64,000 nt of DNA from IMG/VR virus record IMGVR_UViG_3300032050_000061, positions 1-64,000 of that record; one strand, written 5' to 3'. The notes under the pieces are model-generated. The model did not search any database. It had not been told where the DNA came from and saw only the letters and a program-made list of their open reading frames with translations. Source of the stretch: a virus. This document shows, piece after piece, positions 1-10,269 of this stretch; the first letter of the stretch is position 1; every line of letters begins with the position of its first letter. The translations under genes and the position numbers were made by a program.

Positions 1-138
1 TCCATCTTCATTTACCAACATCGCATCTATTAATTTATCACCTTCGTTAGCATAAGTTCCATCAAATAATTGCATTGATTCTGCGATTTCTGCTGTAATG
101 CTTTTGTGATTTTCTATTTTGAATTCTGAAATAGTCAT
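1..138 (-). CDS. Hypothetical protein, N-terminal part only (runs off the window)
   Basis: ATG at 138, open frame MTISEFKIENHKSITAEIAESMQLFDG... to base 1; ATATTTATA motif upstream at 161-169; absent from the ORF track. Confidence 0.6.
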   Translation of the reverse strand, partial: MTISEFKIENHKSITAEIAESMQLFDGTYANEGDKLIDAMLVNEDG

Positions 139-168
139 TTTTTGTTATTTTAGATTTATATATAAATA

Positions 169-867
169 TTAACTATTGTAAATAAAGTTATTTTCTTTGG
201 TTAATACTCCTGTAAGCACTGCAAATCTGTTATTATTTTCCGATAAATAAGGTGTCACCGAATGAGAAGGATTATGTTTAACAAAATCTAAAACCGCAAA
301 ATTACCCCATTTAGGTTGTTGTTTGAATTTATTACCTATCACTAATTCACATCCATCTCCATCTACCCAATCTTTATTTAAATATATAAGAATATTACAA
401 ACCATATTAGGATTCCCACCATCTGCGTGATTATCTATGTAACAATCTTTGGTAAAATTTGTTACATTTATTAGATTTCTATTGATTTCCCAAATTCTAT
501 CCAAAGTTTCCTCACCATAACAATATGTTATAATTTCAGAAAATAATTCTCTTATATCAGGTATCAACTCGGATAAAATTTTTGAACCTTCATTATTCTC
601 ATTATTAAATGTATAGAATATTTGCCAAACTCTATCTTTGTATTTTCTTTTTAACCAATCGTTTTTAATTATTTCGGCCTCTTTGAATGTTGAGACGGTA
701 GTACTTTCTATTTTATCGGAAGAGTTCCCAAAATAAGAATGAGTTACTCTTGTATAAAATTCTCTATTTAGGAGTGGGTTTAGTTTTTCCAACTTATTTA
801 ATAAAGATGGATTTATTTCAGATAAATGACCGAAATAACAGCCATTCTCTTCTATTTCTTTTATCAT
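169..867 (-). CDS. 2OG-Fe(II) oxygenase (prolyl-hydroxylase-like)
   Basis: HxD (HAD), ILIYLN strand, distal His (HSVTP) and Arg (RFA). Confidence 0.8.
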   Translation of the reverse strand: MIKEIEENGCYFGHLSEINPSLLNKLEKLNPLLNREFYTRVTHSYFGNSSDKIESTTVSTFKEAEIIKNDWLKRKYKDRVWQIFYTFNNENNEGSKILSELIPDIRELFSEIITYCYGEETLDRIWEINRNLINVTNFTKDCYIDNHADGGNPNMVCNILIYLNKDWVDGDGCELVIGNKFKQQPKWGNFAVLDFVKHNPSHSVTPYLSENNNRFAVLTGVLTKENNFIYNS

Positions 868-1388
868 CCTTGAACCAATTGAATCTTTTTTCTAATATTG
901 GGATACTTGTTTAATCTTCTTCTTACTGCATCAACATTTTTAGAAGAATCATCTACGAAATAAACATTATCATATCCGTGATTTTTTATTTCCCTTTCAA
1001 TCCAATCCGCTTTTGTTTCAGGATTATTATCACCTAATGCTACTACAAACACATCCTTAATACCACTATCCTTAATAAAATCATATACGGGTTTATAGGC
1101 CGCACGAGCAGTAAGGATATAAACCGCTCTTGAAGAATCTCTTACCATTCTTCTTAATAATTCAAAATAGGCTTTAATTTTAATTGGATTTTTTACTTTT
1201 TCGAAATCTCTAAAATCAAACTCATCTCCCGGCTTTTCTTTATATACTGCGTATTGTCCAGGTGTTAATTTAGATTTCTTACCATCTTTATGTGTGATAT
1301 AGATATAGGAAGATGTTTTGACGAGGGTATCATCAAAATCAAATACTCTTAACTTTTTGTCTTCTACAAATAAACTTCTTGCTATCAT
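864..1388 (-). CDS. HAD-superfamily phosphatase (polynucleotide kinase/phosphatase-like HAD domain)
   Basis: DFDDT motif I, LTAR motif II, Lys motif III, FVDDS motif IV. Confidence 0.8.
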   Translation of the reverse strand: MIARSLFVEDKKLRVFDFDDTLVKTSSYIYITHKDGKKSKLTPGQYAVYKEKPGDEFDFRDFEKVKNPIKIKAYFELLRRMVRDSSRAVYILTARAAYKPVYDFIKDSGIKDVFVVALGDNNPETKADWIEREIKNHGYDNVYFVDDSSKNVDAVRRRLNKYPNIRKKIQLVQG

Positions 1389-1699
1389 TAGCCATTAATC
1401 ACTTTTTTGGTTCTAGCCTTTTTACTCAACTCCTCATTTTCAACTCTTAAAAAATCAACTGTCACTTTAAGCTCTGCAACTTTTGATGTTAAATCTAAAA
1501 TCATTTGACGAAGTTGTTCTTTCTCCTTTGAAGATTCTGCTAAAAGTGCTTCTAATTTTGAAATTCTATCTCTGCAATCGTGCTTAATAAAATCTTCATC
1601 TTTATCTTTTTTTTCAGCTCTTTTTTCATAGTATCTCCAAGCAGATGTCCCCCCTAATACGGTAATTGCTGTGATTAATACTGAATATACGTTTTCCAT
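1388..1699 (-). CDS. Small protein with N-terminal TM helix and coiled coil
   Basis: Hydrophobic VYSVLITAITVLGG segment followed by a heptad-rich charged region. Confidence 0.6.
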   Translation of the reverse strand: MENVYSVLITAITVLGGTSAWRYYEKRAEKKDKDEDFIKHDCRDRISKLEALLAESSKEKEQLRQMILDLTSKVAELKVTVDFLRVENEELSKKARTKKVING

Positions 1700-1705
1700 A
1701 ATCGA

Positions 1706-2797
1706 TTAATATTTTGGGCCCATATTGCCCTTTTTCATTGAATCAGCCCAAATTTGAAACGTCTTCTTTAAATCGGAAGGTAATTCTTTATCTCTAATTG
1801 TTAATGAACCTTGTGGGGAAATATGTGCAATAATTTTGTAATCACCATGTTCTTCTTCCGCTCTATTCCATATTGTTAAACCGTTTCCCATATATCCAGA
1901 ACCGATGTCATATTTTTTTGCTTCCTCTACTCTAGAATGAATTGGTTTACCTATTACGGGTGTTTCTACAATTGAATGAACTATATCAGTTAATCTTCGC
2001 CCTACTGATTCTTTAAATAGTTTATTGATTACACTACCTGGTACATAATCAGGTAACATCTTATCCAAATCTTGTGGAGAAACGGCTTTTAATTTTTCAA
2101 CTTTATCCGCAAAACCTTTCGTTTCAGAATGTTTTCTCATTCTATCTGCAATAACTTTGCCATCAACTTTTTTATCAGAAAACCCGGTTTGAAATTCTTT
2201 TAGTGATTCTGATTTAAATGGGTTAAACAATCCTCTACTATTTACTTCTTTTTCAGTAGATGGTGCAACTTTTGCGTTTTGCTGATGTTTGTGTTTAATC
2301 GGATTGTATTTTTCCAATTCATCAACATTAACATTACCATCCGCATCAGTTTTTACCTCACCATACTTATCATCTCCCAATCTTACAATACCAACTGTTT
2401 TAGTTCTTTTATTGTAAACTAAATCATCTTTTTTAAATTTACCTTCTTTTAAAAATTCTTCTTTAGATAAAACTCTAATTTCATCAAACTTAATTTCGTT
2501 TGTTCCATATTCATGATAGTTTGATGATGCCTGTGAAATGAAGTTTTCTGCATTAGTAATATGGTCTTGAATCCAAGCAGGTATATCCTTTTCGTTTTCA
2601 CCCATTTTGGCTTTTAATTCAGTTGCCATCTTAATGATAGTATCCAATGAACTTTGAGCCATTGAAACTTCGTGATCTTCCTCCTCTTTTACAACGGTCT
2701 CAACTTGTGGTTGAAATGCTCTTGCATAAGGGTTAGAAACAACCTGTCCTGGCTGAACACCCATACCTTTCATCAATTCTTTAAGATTCATATTCAT
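1706..2797 (-). CDS. Modular hypothetical protein, probably head-associated
   Basis: Recurrent phage module DHEVSMAQ...IPAWIQDHIT; modules bounded by xKE/NE/EE. Confidence 0.55.
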   Translation of the reverse strand: MNMNLKELMKGMGVQPGQVVSNPYARAFQPQVETVVKEEEDHEVSMAQSSLDTIIKMATELKAKMGENEKDIPAWIQDHITNAENFISQASSNYHEYGTNEIKFDEIRVLSKEEFLKEGKFKKDDLVYNKRTKTVGIVRLGDDKYGEVKTDADGNVNVDELEKYNPIKHKHQQNAKVAPSTEKEVNSRGLFNPFKSESLKEFQTGFSDKKVDGKVIADRMRKHSETKGFADKVEKLKAVSPQDLDKMLPDYVPGSVINKLFKESVGRRLTDIVHSIVETPVIGKPIHSRVEEAKKYDIGSGYMGNGLTIWNRAEEEHGDYKIIAHISPQGSLTIRDKELPSDLKKTFQIWADSMKKGNMGPKY

Positions 2798-2801
2798 AAT
2801 A

Positions 2802-3722
2802 CTACTTATATTTGCTTAATATTTTATATGACACTTCTGCCATTTTCTTTAATCCCATTTTTAACATATTCTCCTTATTCACATTAGATAATCCATTGTA
2901 AATATGTAGAATTGCATTAGCGGTTTGAACATCCACCAACATTGTTTGTCCGGTTTTTTGGTCTTTTACTTTTGCTGCCGAATGGGAATCTACTATATTT
3001 TTTAAAGTATCAAGTATAGAACCCTCTTTATCATTTGCTTCATTTCTACCTAACTTATCCTTCATCTTATTCACATCATCTTCCGAAGGTGCTCCATTAA
3101 TATATCCATTAGGTAAAGATAATCCTGTTCCTATACCTCCTGGCAATCCTTCAGTATGCGGTGCTTTAATACCATACCCTTTTTTGTAATTTGAAAGGGT
3201 TTGTAATGCATTTTTTAATCGGTCTTGAAATAATTTTTTTTGTTCAGGTGATTTTGTAGCTGAAAGTTTACTTTGTAATGCTTTTATTCTATTATTAAGG
3301 TTTTGTATTTTATCACCTTGCTCTGATTCCTTTAGATTTTTATATCCCTCTACTACTTTATTTATCGCCTCTTTTACCTGCTCCTTATTTAATCCTATTA
3401 CCTTTATATCTCCATTTTCGTTTTGATAAAGAGCGTGTTTTAACCCAATTTCATTAAAGTAGGTCATCAGCTTTTCACCAATCAACTTCCCCTTTAATTC
3501 TTTTGTTTGTGGTAAACCTTGCGCAACATGCTGAGGTTCTTCTCCTTCGGTTTTCCAACCTCCTCCGGCCGCTTTGTATTGTTTGGCAGCCCAACCATTA
3601 GCATACGCAGATGGGTAAACATCGAATTTCTTCTTTGCCTGTGATACATAGTATTGCCACTTTGAGGGGTTAGTGGGAACATTCTTTTCCAAAAATAAAG
3701 TAATATTTTCTTTCATATTCAT
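2802..3722 (-). CDS. Modular hypothetical protein (YPSAYANGW module, DUF5872-like)
   Basis: AKKKFDVYPSAYANGWAAKQYKAAGGGW module recognised from large phages. Confidence 0.55.
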   Translation of the reverse strand: MNMKENITLFLEKNVPTNPSKWQYYVSQAKKKFDVYPSAYANGWAAKQYKAAGGGWKTEGEEPQHVAQGLPQTKELKGKLIGEKLMTYFNEIGLKHALYQNENGDIKVIGLNKEQVKEAINKVVEGYKNLKESEQGDKIQNLNNRIKALQSKLSATKSPEQKKLFQDRLKNALQTLSNYKKGYGIKAPHTEGLPGGIGTGLSLPNGYINGAPSEDDVNKMKDKLGRNEANDKEGSILDTLKNIVDSHSAAKVKDQKTGQTMLVDVQTANAILHIYNGLSNVNKENMLKMGLKKMAEVSYKILSKYK

Positions 3723-3755
3723 ATTGTATATAAATATATCTTTTTTATATTAGAA

Positions 3756-4514
3756 CTATGCGGGAGGGTTGAAATCTTTTTTACCACTTTTATCCCATCT
3801 TACTCTTATTGGCTTATCACCATCTGTCTTTTCACCGCCTTTTTTAGCATCTCCTCCGGCTTTTTGCGCGGCTCTCTTTCTATTAACAAAATTAGCTCTA
3901 CCTTTTTTACCTAATTTATCTGCTGCTGCAGAACTTAAACATGCAGCATAGGCTTCTCCTTCTTCTCCTGCACCACATTTTCCTATTCTCTCTCCTTTAC
4001 TATTATATCTATCCCAGCCTCCGCCACCTTTACCACCCCACTTACCTTTACCAAACCATTTTCTAAGGTCTTCATTTGTCGTAAGTGAATGTGATGATGG
4101 TAATATATTAATACCAACTTTCTTACCCAAATAAATTGTTATAGGAGTTATTGGAATTGGAGATGGAACAAACTTAAATGAAACTAAAAATAGTATTTTC
4201 ACAACATCTTTAGATTGTGATTTTAAAAATCTTTTTTCTGCTTCCGATACTTCCTCTCCCATAATCATTCGTTGGAATATATGTAGAGCAACTATTGTTT
4301 CTTTCTTTTCCCTATCGGTAGCACTTTTAAATTCTTCCCAATTATTTTTTACGAAATGCTTTGTTTTTTCAAGCCAATTTATCACTTTATTTTTTGTATT
4401 TGATACCAAATCTTCATTTTTTTCTCTACCTGCACAATGTGCTTTTTGAGAAAATCCTTTTGGATTATCACAATCAATACTATTTTTGTATTTGGTAGAC
4501 CAACTCATATACAT
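3756..4514 (-). CDS. Modular hypothetical protein
   Basis: WSTKYKNSIDCDNPKGFSQKAHCAGR module and EDLRKWF...CG...C module separated by NE sites. Confidence 0.55.
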   Translation of the reverse strand: MYMSWSTKYKNSIDCDNPKGFSQKAHCAGREKNEDLVSNTKNKVINWLEKTKHFVKNNWEEFKSATDREKKETIVALHIFQRMIMGEEVSEAEKRFLKSQSKDVVKILFLVSFKFVPSPIPITPITIYLGKKVGINILPSSHSLTTNEDLRKWFGKGKWGGKGGGGWDRYNSKGERIGKCGAGEEGEAYAACLSSAAADKLGKKGRANFVNRKRAAQKAGGDAKKGGEKTDGDKPIRVRWDKSGKKDFNPPA

Positions 4515-4533
4515 AAATATATGATTATCTTTT

Positions 4534-4965
4534 TTAACTTATCTGAAACGAACCTATGTTTTCGGATATAATACCTTTTAAAGGTAGATTTATTGAATCA
4601 TAATCTTCCGTCAATAATAGAGTATCCTCTAATCCTACGTCAAAAAGAGTATCGGTAATAAAATGTTCGGTATTTGTAAGTGTAGGCTCACCGGTATAAT
4701 AAAAATAATGTGGAGCTCGTTGTTCTTTTAATTTAATAAGAGTTTCAAAGTTTTTCGCATTGCACCAAAGAGCAAACATATTCAAAAATGTTGGCTTTAT
4801 TGGATAGTAGGGTTCATTAGTTCCTAAATAGAATTCATTATTATGCCACCAAACATCTACCCAACAATGTAATCCCATTCTAATTACTTCTTGTATCTGA
4901 AAAGGTTTATTTTCCTTTTTTTCTTCTACACCGAATATATTACCTCTTAAAGAAATTAAATACAT
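4534..4965 (-). CDS. PLC/GDPD-like phosphodiesterase fold protein, probably inactive
   Basis: ISLRGN in place of ISHRGN; VDVW, YLG, LWCNAKN motifs. Confidence 0.55.
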   Translation of the reverse strand: MYLISLRGNIFGVEEKKENKPFQIQEVIRMGLHCWVDVWWHNNEFYLGTNEPYYPIKPTFLNMFALWCNAKNFETLIKLKEQRAPHYFYYTGEPTLTNTEHFITDTLFDVGLEDTLLLTEDYDSINLPLKGIISENIGSFQIS

Positions 4966-6116
4966 TTGTCTAAATAATAATCAGATTTTGTACTTACTAA
5001 TTTGTGTTCGTAAGTATTTTTATTCTTTACATTAAATGTAAAATTTTGAAAATCGAATGTGCTCCCAACTCGCACTTGCTCATTAGAAATAAATGAAGAT
5101 ATATTAGCTAAAAGAGAAAAATCATCATTATTGAATTTAGTGACATCTTTAACCAGTATCATTATATCATTTTCTCTTACACAATTAATTGATTTAATTT
5201 TTTTGGATAAGTTTATTTTTGTATCTATTTGCTGCTCTCCTATCACATTAATAAAATCACAATCAACATATAAATTAGAAACGAAAGGTTCAACACTTTT
5301 CAATAATTCAGCATTACAATTTGATATAATTAACCCAACATCGTATGTGTGAGATTTCTTATCTAAACTCAATCTTCCCCATTTTCTAACTTTATTAAGT
5401 ATAGATTTATTTTCTATAATCTTTGTATTGTTCTTATGTTCTTCCGAAAATCTTGATGTCTTTGAAACAAAATGATATACAATACTATCTAAACTTACAA
5501 TAGTTTTAATACCTAATAATTCTAATCGATATAATATATCATCATCTTCACAAAACATCGGTGAATATAAATTATCCATACCACCTATTGAAAGATATAT
5601 ACCTCTATGTTGGGCTATAAAAAATGCAGAACCGTTTGATGTTTTATCTTTGTATTGAGATTGAGTTTCTTTTACAAATTTTTCTAAACCTACATAATCA
5701 ACCTCATCAAACTCTAACCCAAAATCTTTAATAATTTTACCTGGTCTATCATGTCCCGCAAATATAGGAGGTTCAATTGTTGTGTATGAAACTGCGGTAG
5801 ATTTGTTAAGGTGTTTTTCTATATTTTCTAACCAACCCCCTAACATCACTATATCATTATGACAAAATACTATGAATTCTTTTGTAGCGATTTCGGCACA
5901 CTTATTAAATGTATCCGAAAATGTTTTTTTATCATCTGAATAAAAGTATTTTAGATTAACATCGTTTAGGGAATCCAACCATTCATGTGTCCCATCGTTA
6001 GAACCATAACTTACAAAACATAATTCTTCATTAGGATATATTTCTCTAAACCTTTTGTAGAATTTTTGAGAATAATCCAAATTATTTTTTAACCCTACTA
6101 ATGTAGAAATGTTCAT
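4956..6116 (-). CDS. Glycosyltransferase family 2 (GT-A)
   Basis: GSNDGT, FCHNDIV, GGMD...EDDD, YHFVS. Confidence 0.85.
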   Translation of the reverse strand: MNISTLVGLKNNLDYSQKFYKRFREIYPNEELCFVSYGSNDGTHEWLDSLNDVNLKYFYSDDKKTFSDTFNKCAEIATKEFIVFCHNDIVMLGGWLENIEKHLNKSTAVSYTTIEPPIFAGHDRPGKIIKDFGLEFDEVDYVGLEKFVKETQSQYKDKTSNGSAFFIAQHRGIYLSIGGMDNLYSPMFCEDDDILYRLELLGIKTIVSLDSIVYHFVSKTSRFSEEHKNNTKIIENKSILNKVRKWGRLSLDKKSHTYDVGLIISNCNAELLKSVEPFVSNLYVDCDFINVIGEQQIDTKINLSKKIKSINCVRENDIMILVKDVTKFNNDDFSLLANISSFISNEQVRVGSTFDFQNFTFNVKNKNTYEHKLVSTKSDYYLDKCI

Positions 6117-6118
6117 AA

Positions 6119-6994
6119 TTACTTTTTATTTAGTATTATTTCAATTCTTTCTTCCAAAGTATATTTTGGTTTGTAGATTGAATTAAATAATGTTGGGTCA
6201 CAAACTCTATAAGATACTCCAATCGGTTTTTCTAATAAATGCTTTATTCCTTTTGATGGAGTATGGCCACTTATTTGAAACATCGTTTTTGCCAATTCAT
6301 TAAAAGGAGTTGCAATACCACACCCTAAATTTAAGGCATCTAATTCAACATCATTATCAACAACTGTCATAACTGCCTCCACTATATCATCCATATGAAT
6401 AAAATCTCTTACTTGCGTTCCATCACCCCATATTTCAAATTCATCAACCTTTCTTTTAATTCTATCAATAAATGAGGGGAATGGATATGTTAAATCTTGA
6501 TCCTCGCCATATCCACTAAATGGTCTGAATACATAAACTTTAGTTCCACTTTCTTTAACGAATTTTGCCAAGTATTCACCTGTTAATTTAGACCAACCAT
6601 AAGTGTAATCAGGTAATCTTATATCATCTAAATTAATATCGCTTTCTTTTAATCTATATTTAGAATCTGGATGTTGCAAATATGTTGGATATGCCGCGCT
6701 ACTACTAAAATATACAACTCTCTTTTGTTTTGTTTTAATCACCCAATTGAAAAATTCCGAATCAATTGATAAATCGGTAGCAACTGATAATGGTTCTTTT
6801 TCAATTGTTTCTCTTCCACCTACAATTGCAGCCAAATGTATGATTAAATCAAAGACCTCAGAAGATTGTTTAAAATAATCTCTACAATCATTTCCTTCTT
6901 TTAAATCTACTCCTATAATTTCATTTTTATCACCAAAGTATTTTAAAAAAGACCTTCCTACAAATCCTAAATGTCCAGTTATTAATATTTTCAT
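6119..6994 (-). CDS. NAD-dependent nucleotide-sugar epimerase/dehydratase
   Basis: TGHLGFVG, HLAA, SSSAAY, YGWSK, RDFIH. Confidence 0.92.
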   Translation of the reverse strand: MKILITGHLGFVGRSFLKYFGDKNEIIGVDLKEGNDCRDYFKQSSEVFDLIIHLAAIVGGRETIEKEPLSVATDLSIDSEFFNWVIKTKQKRVVYFSSSAAYPTYLQHPDSKYRLKESDINLDDIRLPDYTYGWSKLTGEYLAKFVKESGTKVYVFRPFSGYGEDQDLTYPFPSFIDRIKRKVDEFEIWGDGTQVRDFIHMDDIVEAVMTVVDNDVELDALNLGCGIATPFNELAKTMFQISGHTPSKGIKHLLEKPIGVSYRVCDPTLFNSIYKPKYTLEERIEIILNKK

Positions 6995-7863
6995 CGTATT
7001 ATTTTATTGTATAATTCAATGTGCTGTTTTGCTACATTTTTTGAATCACATAGTTCTTCTATGTTTTCAGGTTTATTTATATCAATTGAAACAATGTCAC
7101 CATTTTGATTAATAATATACATATACCCATTTACTCCACAACACCAACCTTCTAATGTTGTTCTCCCTAAAAGAATTCCCGCAGTAAAATCCATATTTTT
7201 TACTACGTTTTCAGTATCCCATCTTTTATCTATGTATTTGATGTTGGGGTGGTTAAAATTATATTTGCTTTCGCTCATCAAATATAAATCCCAATCTTTA
7301 TCTATACAGTTTTTTACTAAATGGGAGACTGCTTTAAATCTTATATTATCTAAAACTTCTCCAACAAATATTCCTGTTTTCTTACTATACTTTGATTTAT
7401 CTTTATCATTAAACCTATCTCTATCTATGGGATTATAAATTAGTGATATATCAGTTGGATTAATTTTATAATTATCTATTAATGATTTTTTAATTGGCTC
7501 TCTTATAGCGATATAGTGATTTATTCCTTTATTCAAAATAGGAGTTTCACTTCTTATTTCCGAATGTATAATGCTTATTTTCGGTATATTATTATTAAAG
7601 TATTTTAATATAAATTGGTTTACCTCTGGCTGGCTTGCTACTATTAAATCGTAATTTTGATTTACATCTATATTATGTAAGTCGCATTGTTTAACATTAT
7701 TCTCCTCTAATTTTCTTCTTACTAAATCACCCCTATCAATGTCTCTTAAAGTAAAAAGGGTTACATCGATTCCTAATAGATTTAATTCTCTGGCTAATTC
7801 ATAATGATATAATTCACTTCCCCCTAATCCATTTACATTTAAACAACTCAATAAAACTTTCAT
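6991..7863 (-). CDS. GT-B/GT4-like glycosyltransferase
   Basis: GGSE N-terminal motif, IYNPID, GRTTLEG. Confidence 0.7.
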   Translation of the reverse strand: MKVLLSCLNVNGLGGSELYHYELARELNLLGIDVTLFTLRDIDRGDLVRRKLEENNVKQCDLHNIDVNQNYDLIVASQPEVNQFILKYFNNNIPKISIIHSEIRSETPILNKGINHYIAIREPIKKSLIDNYKINPTDISLIYNPIDRDRFNDKDKSKYSKKTGIFVGEVLDNIRFKAVSHLVKNCIDKDWDLYLMSESKYNFNHPNIKYIDKRWDTENVVKNMDFTAGILLGRTTLEGWCCGVNGYMYIINQNGDIVSIDINKPENIEELCDSKNVAKQHIELYNKIIR

Positions 7864-8495
7864 AAATTTAATTTAAAAATTACATTTATCAGGTTATCAA
7901 ATATTATATCATATTTTTGATTTAGTGAATTTATAGCGTTTTGTAAAATAGGGGTATTACCATTATATTCAAATATGATAAACTTTGGGAATATATTTTC
8001 ATCTATCATCTGATTCAAAACTATTAAATCATTCCCTTCAACATCTATACTTGCTATATCAAAATCCTTATATTTTACTTTTTTAAGAATGTTTGAAAGA
8101 GTAGTAGTTTTAATTATTTCACTATTATAACGAACACCTCTATTCGTTTCCCAATAATTTTTATCAATATGGTTTAATGTAGAAATTTGATTAACACCTT
8201 CATTATGCAGAGAACCTAAATAAATTTCCTTCTCACCCTCTTCTAAATCTATTGCATAATCGAATATAGTTACTTTATCATTTTCTTTATACAATTCATT
8301 TAATTTATTAACACAATCGGTAGTAGGCTCTATCAACACCGCTTCCCACTCGTAATTCTGAATAAATAATCTTGAATTTGAATATGTTACACCATCATTT
8401 GCACCAACATCTAAAAACGTTCCGCCTCTTTCTAAATTAAATTCCTTTAAGTGTGATAAGATTAATTCATCTTCATTGTGTTGCGAGTATCCCAT
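7860..8495 (-). CDS. FkbM-family methyltransferase
   Basis: FLDVGANDG, IEP, SIDVEGND. Confidence 0.9.
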   Translation of the reverse strand: MGYSQHNEDELILSHLKEFNLERGGTFLDVGANDGVTYSNSRLFIQNYEWEAVLIEPTTDCVNKLNELYKENDKVTIFDYAIDLEEGEKEIYLGSLHNEGVNQISTLNHIDKNYWETNRGVRYNSEIIKTTTLSNILKKVKYKDFDIASIDVEGNDLIVLNQMIDENIFPKFIIFEYNGNTPILQNAINSLNQKYDIIFDNLINVIFKLNL

Positions 8496-9178
8496 TATTC
8501 TTCAATTAAATCTTTAATTTTATTTACATCATTTAAGAAATCAAATCCTCTTCTATAATCCATATATTTTTGTTGGTCAATATATGCCACCGAAGCCGCA
8601 TCAACATACTGTGAATCTCTTTCCGCTTTACCATTATCAGGATGAATATGTTCAAATACAACATCATCAAAATATTTTATAATTTGGCAACTATTACCCA
8701 AATCTAACCAGAAATTATCTGCATACATATGAATCAGAAAATTCGGCACCATAAATCCTAATTGATTAATTATGTTAGATGTTAGGCAAACTGCGGTAGG
8801 TAGTTTAGCTCCTTGTAACAAATCATTACCGTAAGCTATTCCTATATTATTATTTTCTTCAAAAAATTGTAAAAATTTTGATTCCCATTTTGTTTTAATA
8901 ATATGGTCATCTCCAAAAAATGCTATACATTTATACTGGTTGGCATATTTCAAAGCAATTTGATTAAGTGTTGGAATCATTCTAATACGTGGATTAATTT
9001 CGTATATAACACCGTCTCTAATTGGATACTGATGTGAATCATCATCATCTAATGCTATACATAAATCACTAAACCCTTCGGTATTTTCCTTCCAATTTTC
9101 TATAAACCTATCTACATTAGGGAATCTTTTGCTATCACCACTTCTAGATGGGACTACAATTAGAATTTCTTTTTTCAT
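8495..9178 (-). CDS. GT-A/GT2-like glycosyltransferase
   Basis: VPSR, LDDDD, FFGDDH, HMYADN, EHIHP. Confidence 0.75.
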   Translation of the reverse strand: MKKEILIVVPSRSGDSKRFPNVDRFIENWKENTEGFSDLCIALDDDDSHQYPIRDGVIYEINPRIRMIPTLNQIALKYANQYKCIAFFGDDHIIKTKWESKFLQFFEENNNIGIAYGNDLLQGAKLPTAVCLTSNIINQLGFMVPNFLIHMYADNFWLDLGNSCQIIKYFDDVVFEHIHPDNGKAERDSQYVDAASVAYIDQQKYMDYRRGFDFLNDVNKIKDLIEE

Positions 9179-9182
9179 ATTA

Positions 9183-9806
9183 TTAAATTTTATCGTAAAA
9201 ATCGTTTTGTTTTTCTTGTCTTTCTATTTCCTTGTGATGATATAGTGAGTAATTTTCATCTGATGGGAAATTTGTAAAAGTTGTGTATCCGGTTATTCTT
9301 TCATGCACTTTTCCATGCCATTGAACTTCTTCGGTATTTTTGTAAATACGAGTTTGATAATCAGGCCAATTTACCCAACCTTTATCATCAACTTTCCAAC
9401 CCCATTTTTGAATATGTGATTGAGTTAATCCTTCTACGGTATTCACTCTTGGAACAAAAATTATATCAACTTCATTTATAGTCAGAATTTGTTTTAATCT
9501 CTCTAATAAAATTTCCGATGGTTCTTCATCTGCATCAATTTGAAAAATGTATTTTCCTTCACAATGTTCTTTTAGATTATTTTTAAAGGATGCAAAATCT
9601 TTATTAAGAGGAAATGATATAATCTTAATTTGTTTTTGTATATCACTAATTATATTGAGATAATCCACAACTTCTTTTGTAACTGATTCACTATCATATT
9701 GAATAACAACCTCATCCTCGCTATCTATACGCACGAGGAGAAAGTTAATTAATGAGGTGAGTTCTTTTAACTCATTACAAACAGTTATAGCGTAACTTAT
9801 TTTCAT
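9183..9806 (-). CDS. Glycosyltransferase family 2
   Basis: ITVCNE, QIDADE, PDYQTR, VHERI. Confidence 0.85.
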   Translation of the reverse strand: MKISYAITVCNELKELTSLINFLLVRIDSEDEVVIQYDSESVTKEVVDYLNIISDIQKQIKIISFPLNKDFASFKNNLKEHCEGKYIFQIDADEEPSEILLERLKQILTINEVDIIFVPRVNTVEGLTQSHIQKWGWKVDDKGWVNWPDYQTRIYKNTEEVQWHGKVHERITGYTTFTNFPSDENYSLYHHKEIERQEKQNDFYDKI

Positions 9807-9808
9807 AC

Positions 9809-10267
9809 TTAATCTTCGTTGTGGTGTTTTTCAGAATGTTCTTCCGATTGAACCGGCTTATTATTTGTTGAATTTGTATAACTCCAAGCACTACCACTCG
9901 GATAACCATATGCAGTTGATGTACTTCCAAATCCAAATGGTGGATTAGAGTATGTAATAGAACCATATCCAGGCGTAGCTACAATAGTTCCACCACTACC
10001 AGATGATGTTAGTGTTGTACCATTTGTATCCGGTTGACACGTTATCCTATATGGGTGGTATGGGTCTACATAATGTGGATGTTGCCATACAGGTGTTGTA
10101 TTGGGCGTTCCCCATCCACCTTCTCCAATTGGAGTTCCTATTTTCGGTTCATCACTTACTTCTTTCAATTTATCTTTTAATAAATCCCATTGTTTCGGAG
10201 TAACATTAAATTCATGCACTCCTTCGGTAAATCCTTTTAACCAAAGGACAAATTCTTTAGATGTCAT
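9809..10267 (-). CDS. Hypothetical protein (short conserved N-terminal domain, G/S/T/P-rich tail)
   Basis: EFVLWLKGF...QWDLLKDKL; tightly packed in the operon. Confidence 0.6.
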   Translation of the reverse strand: MTSKEFVLWLKGFTEGVHEFNVTPKQWDLLKDKLKEVSDEPKIGTPIGEGGWGTPNTTPVWQHPHYVDPYHPYRITCQPDTNGTTLTSSGSGGTIVATPGYGSITYSNPPFGFGSTSTAYGYPSGSAWSYTNSTNNKPVQSEEHSEKHHNED

Positions 10268-10269
10268 AA

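Noticed and set aside
1388-1699. Holin or spanin
   Set aside because: A single TM helix plus coiled coil is compatible, but there is no adjacent endolysin or lipoprotein partner.
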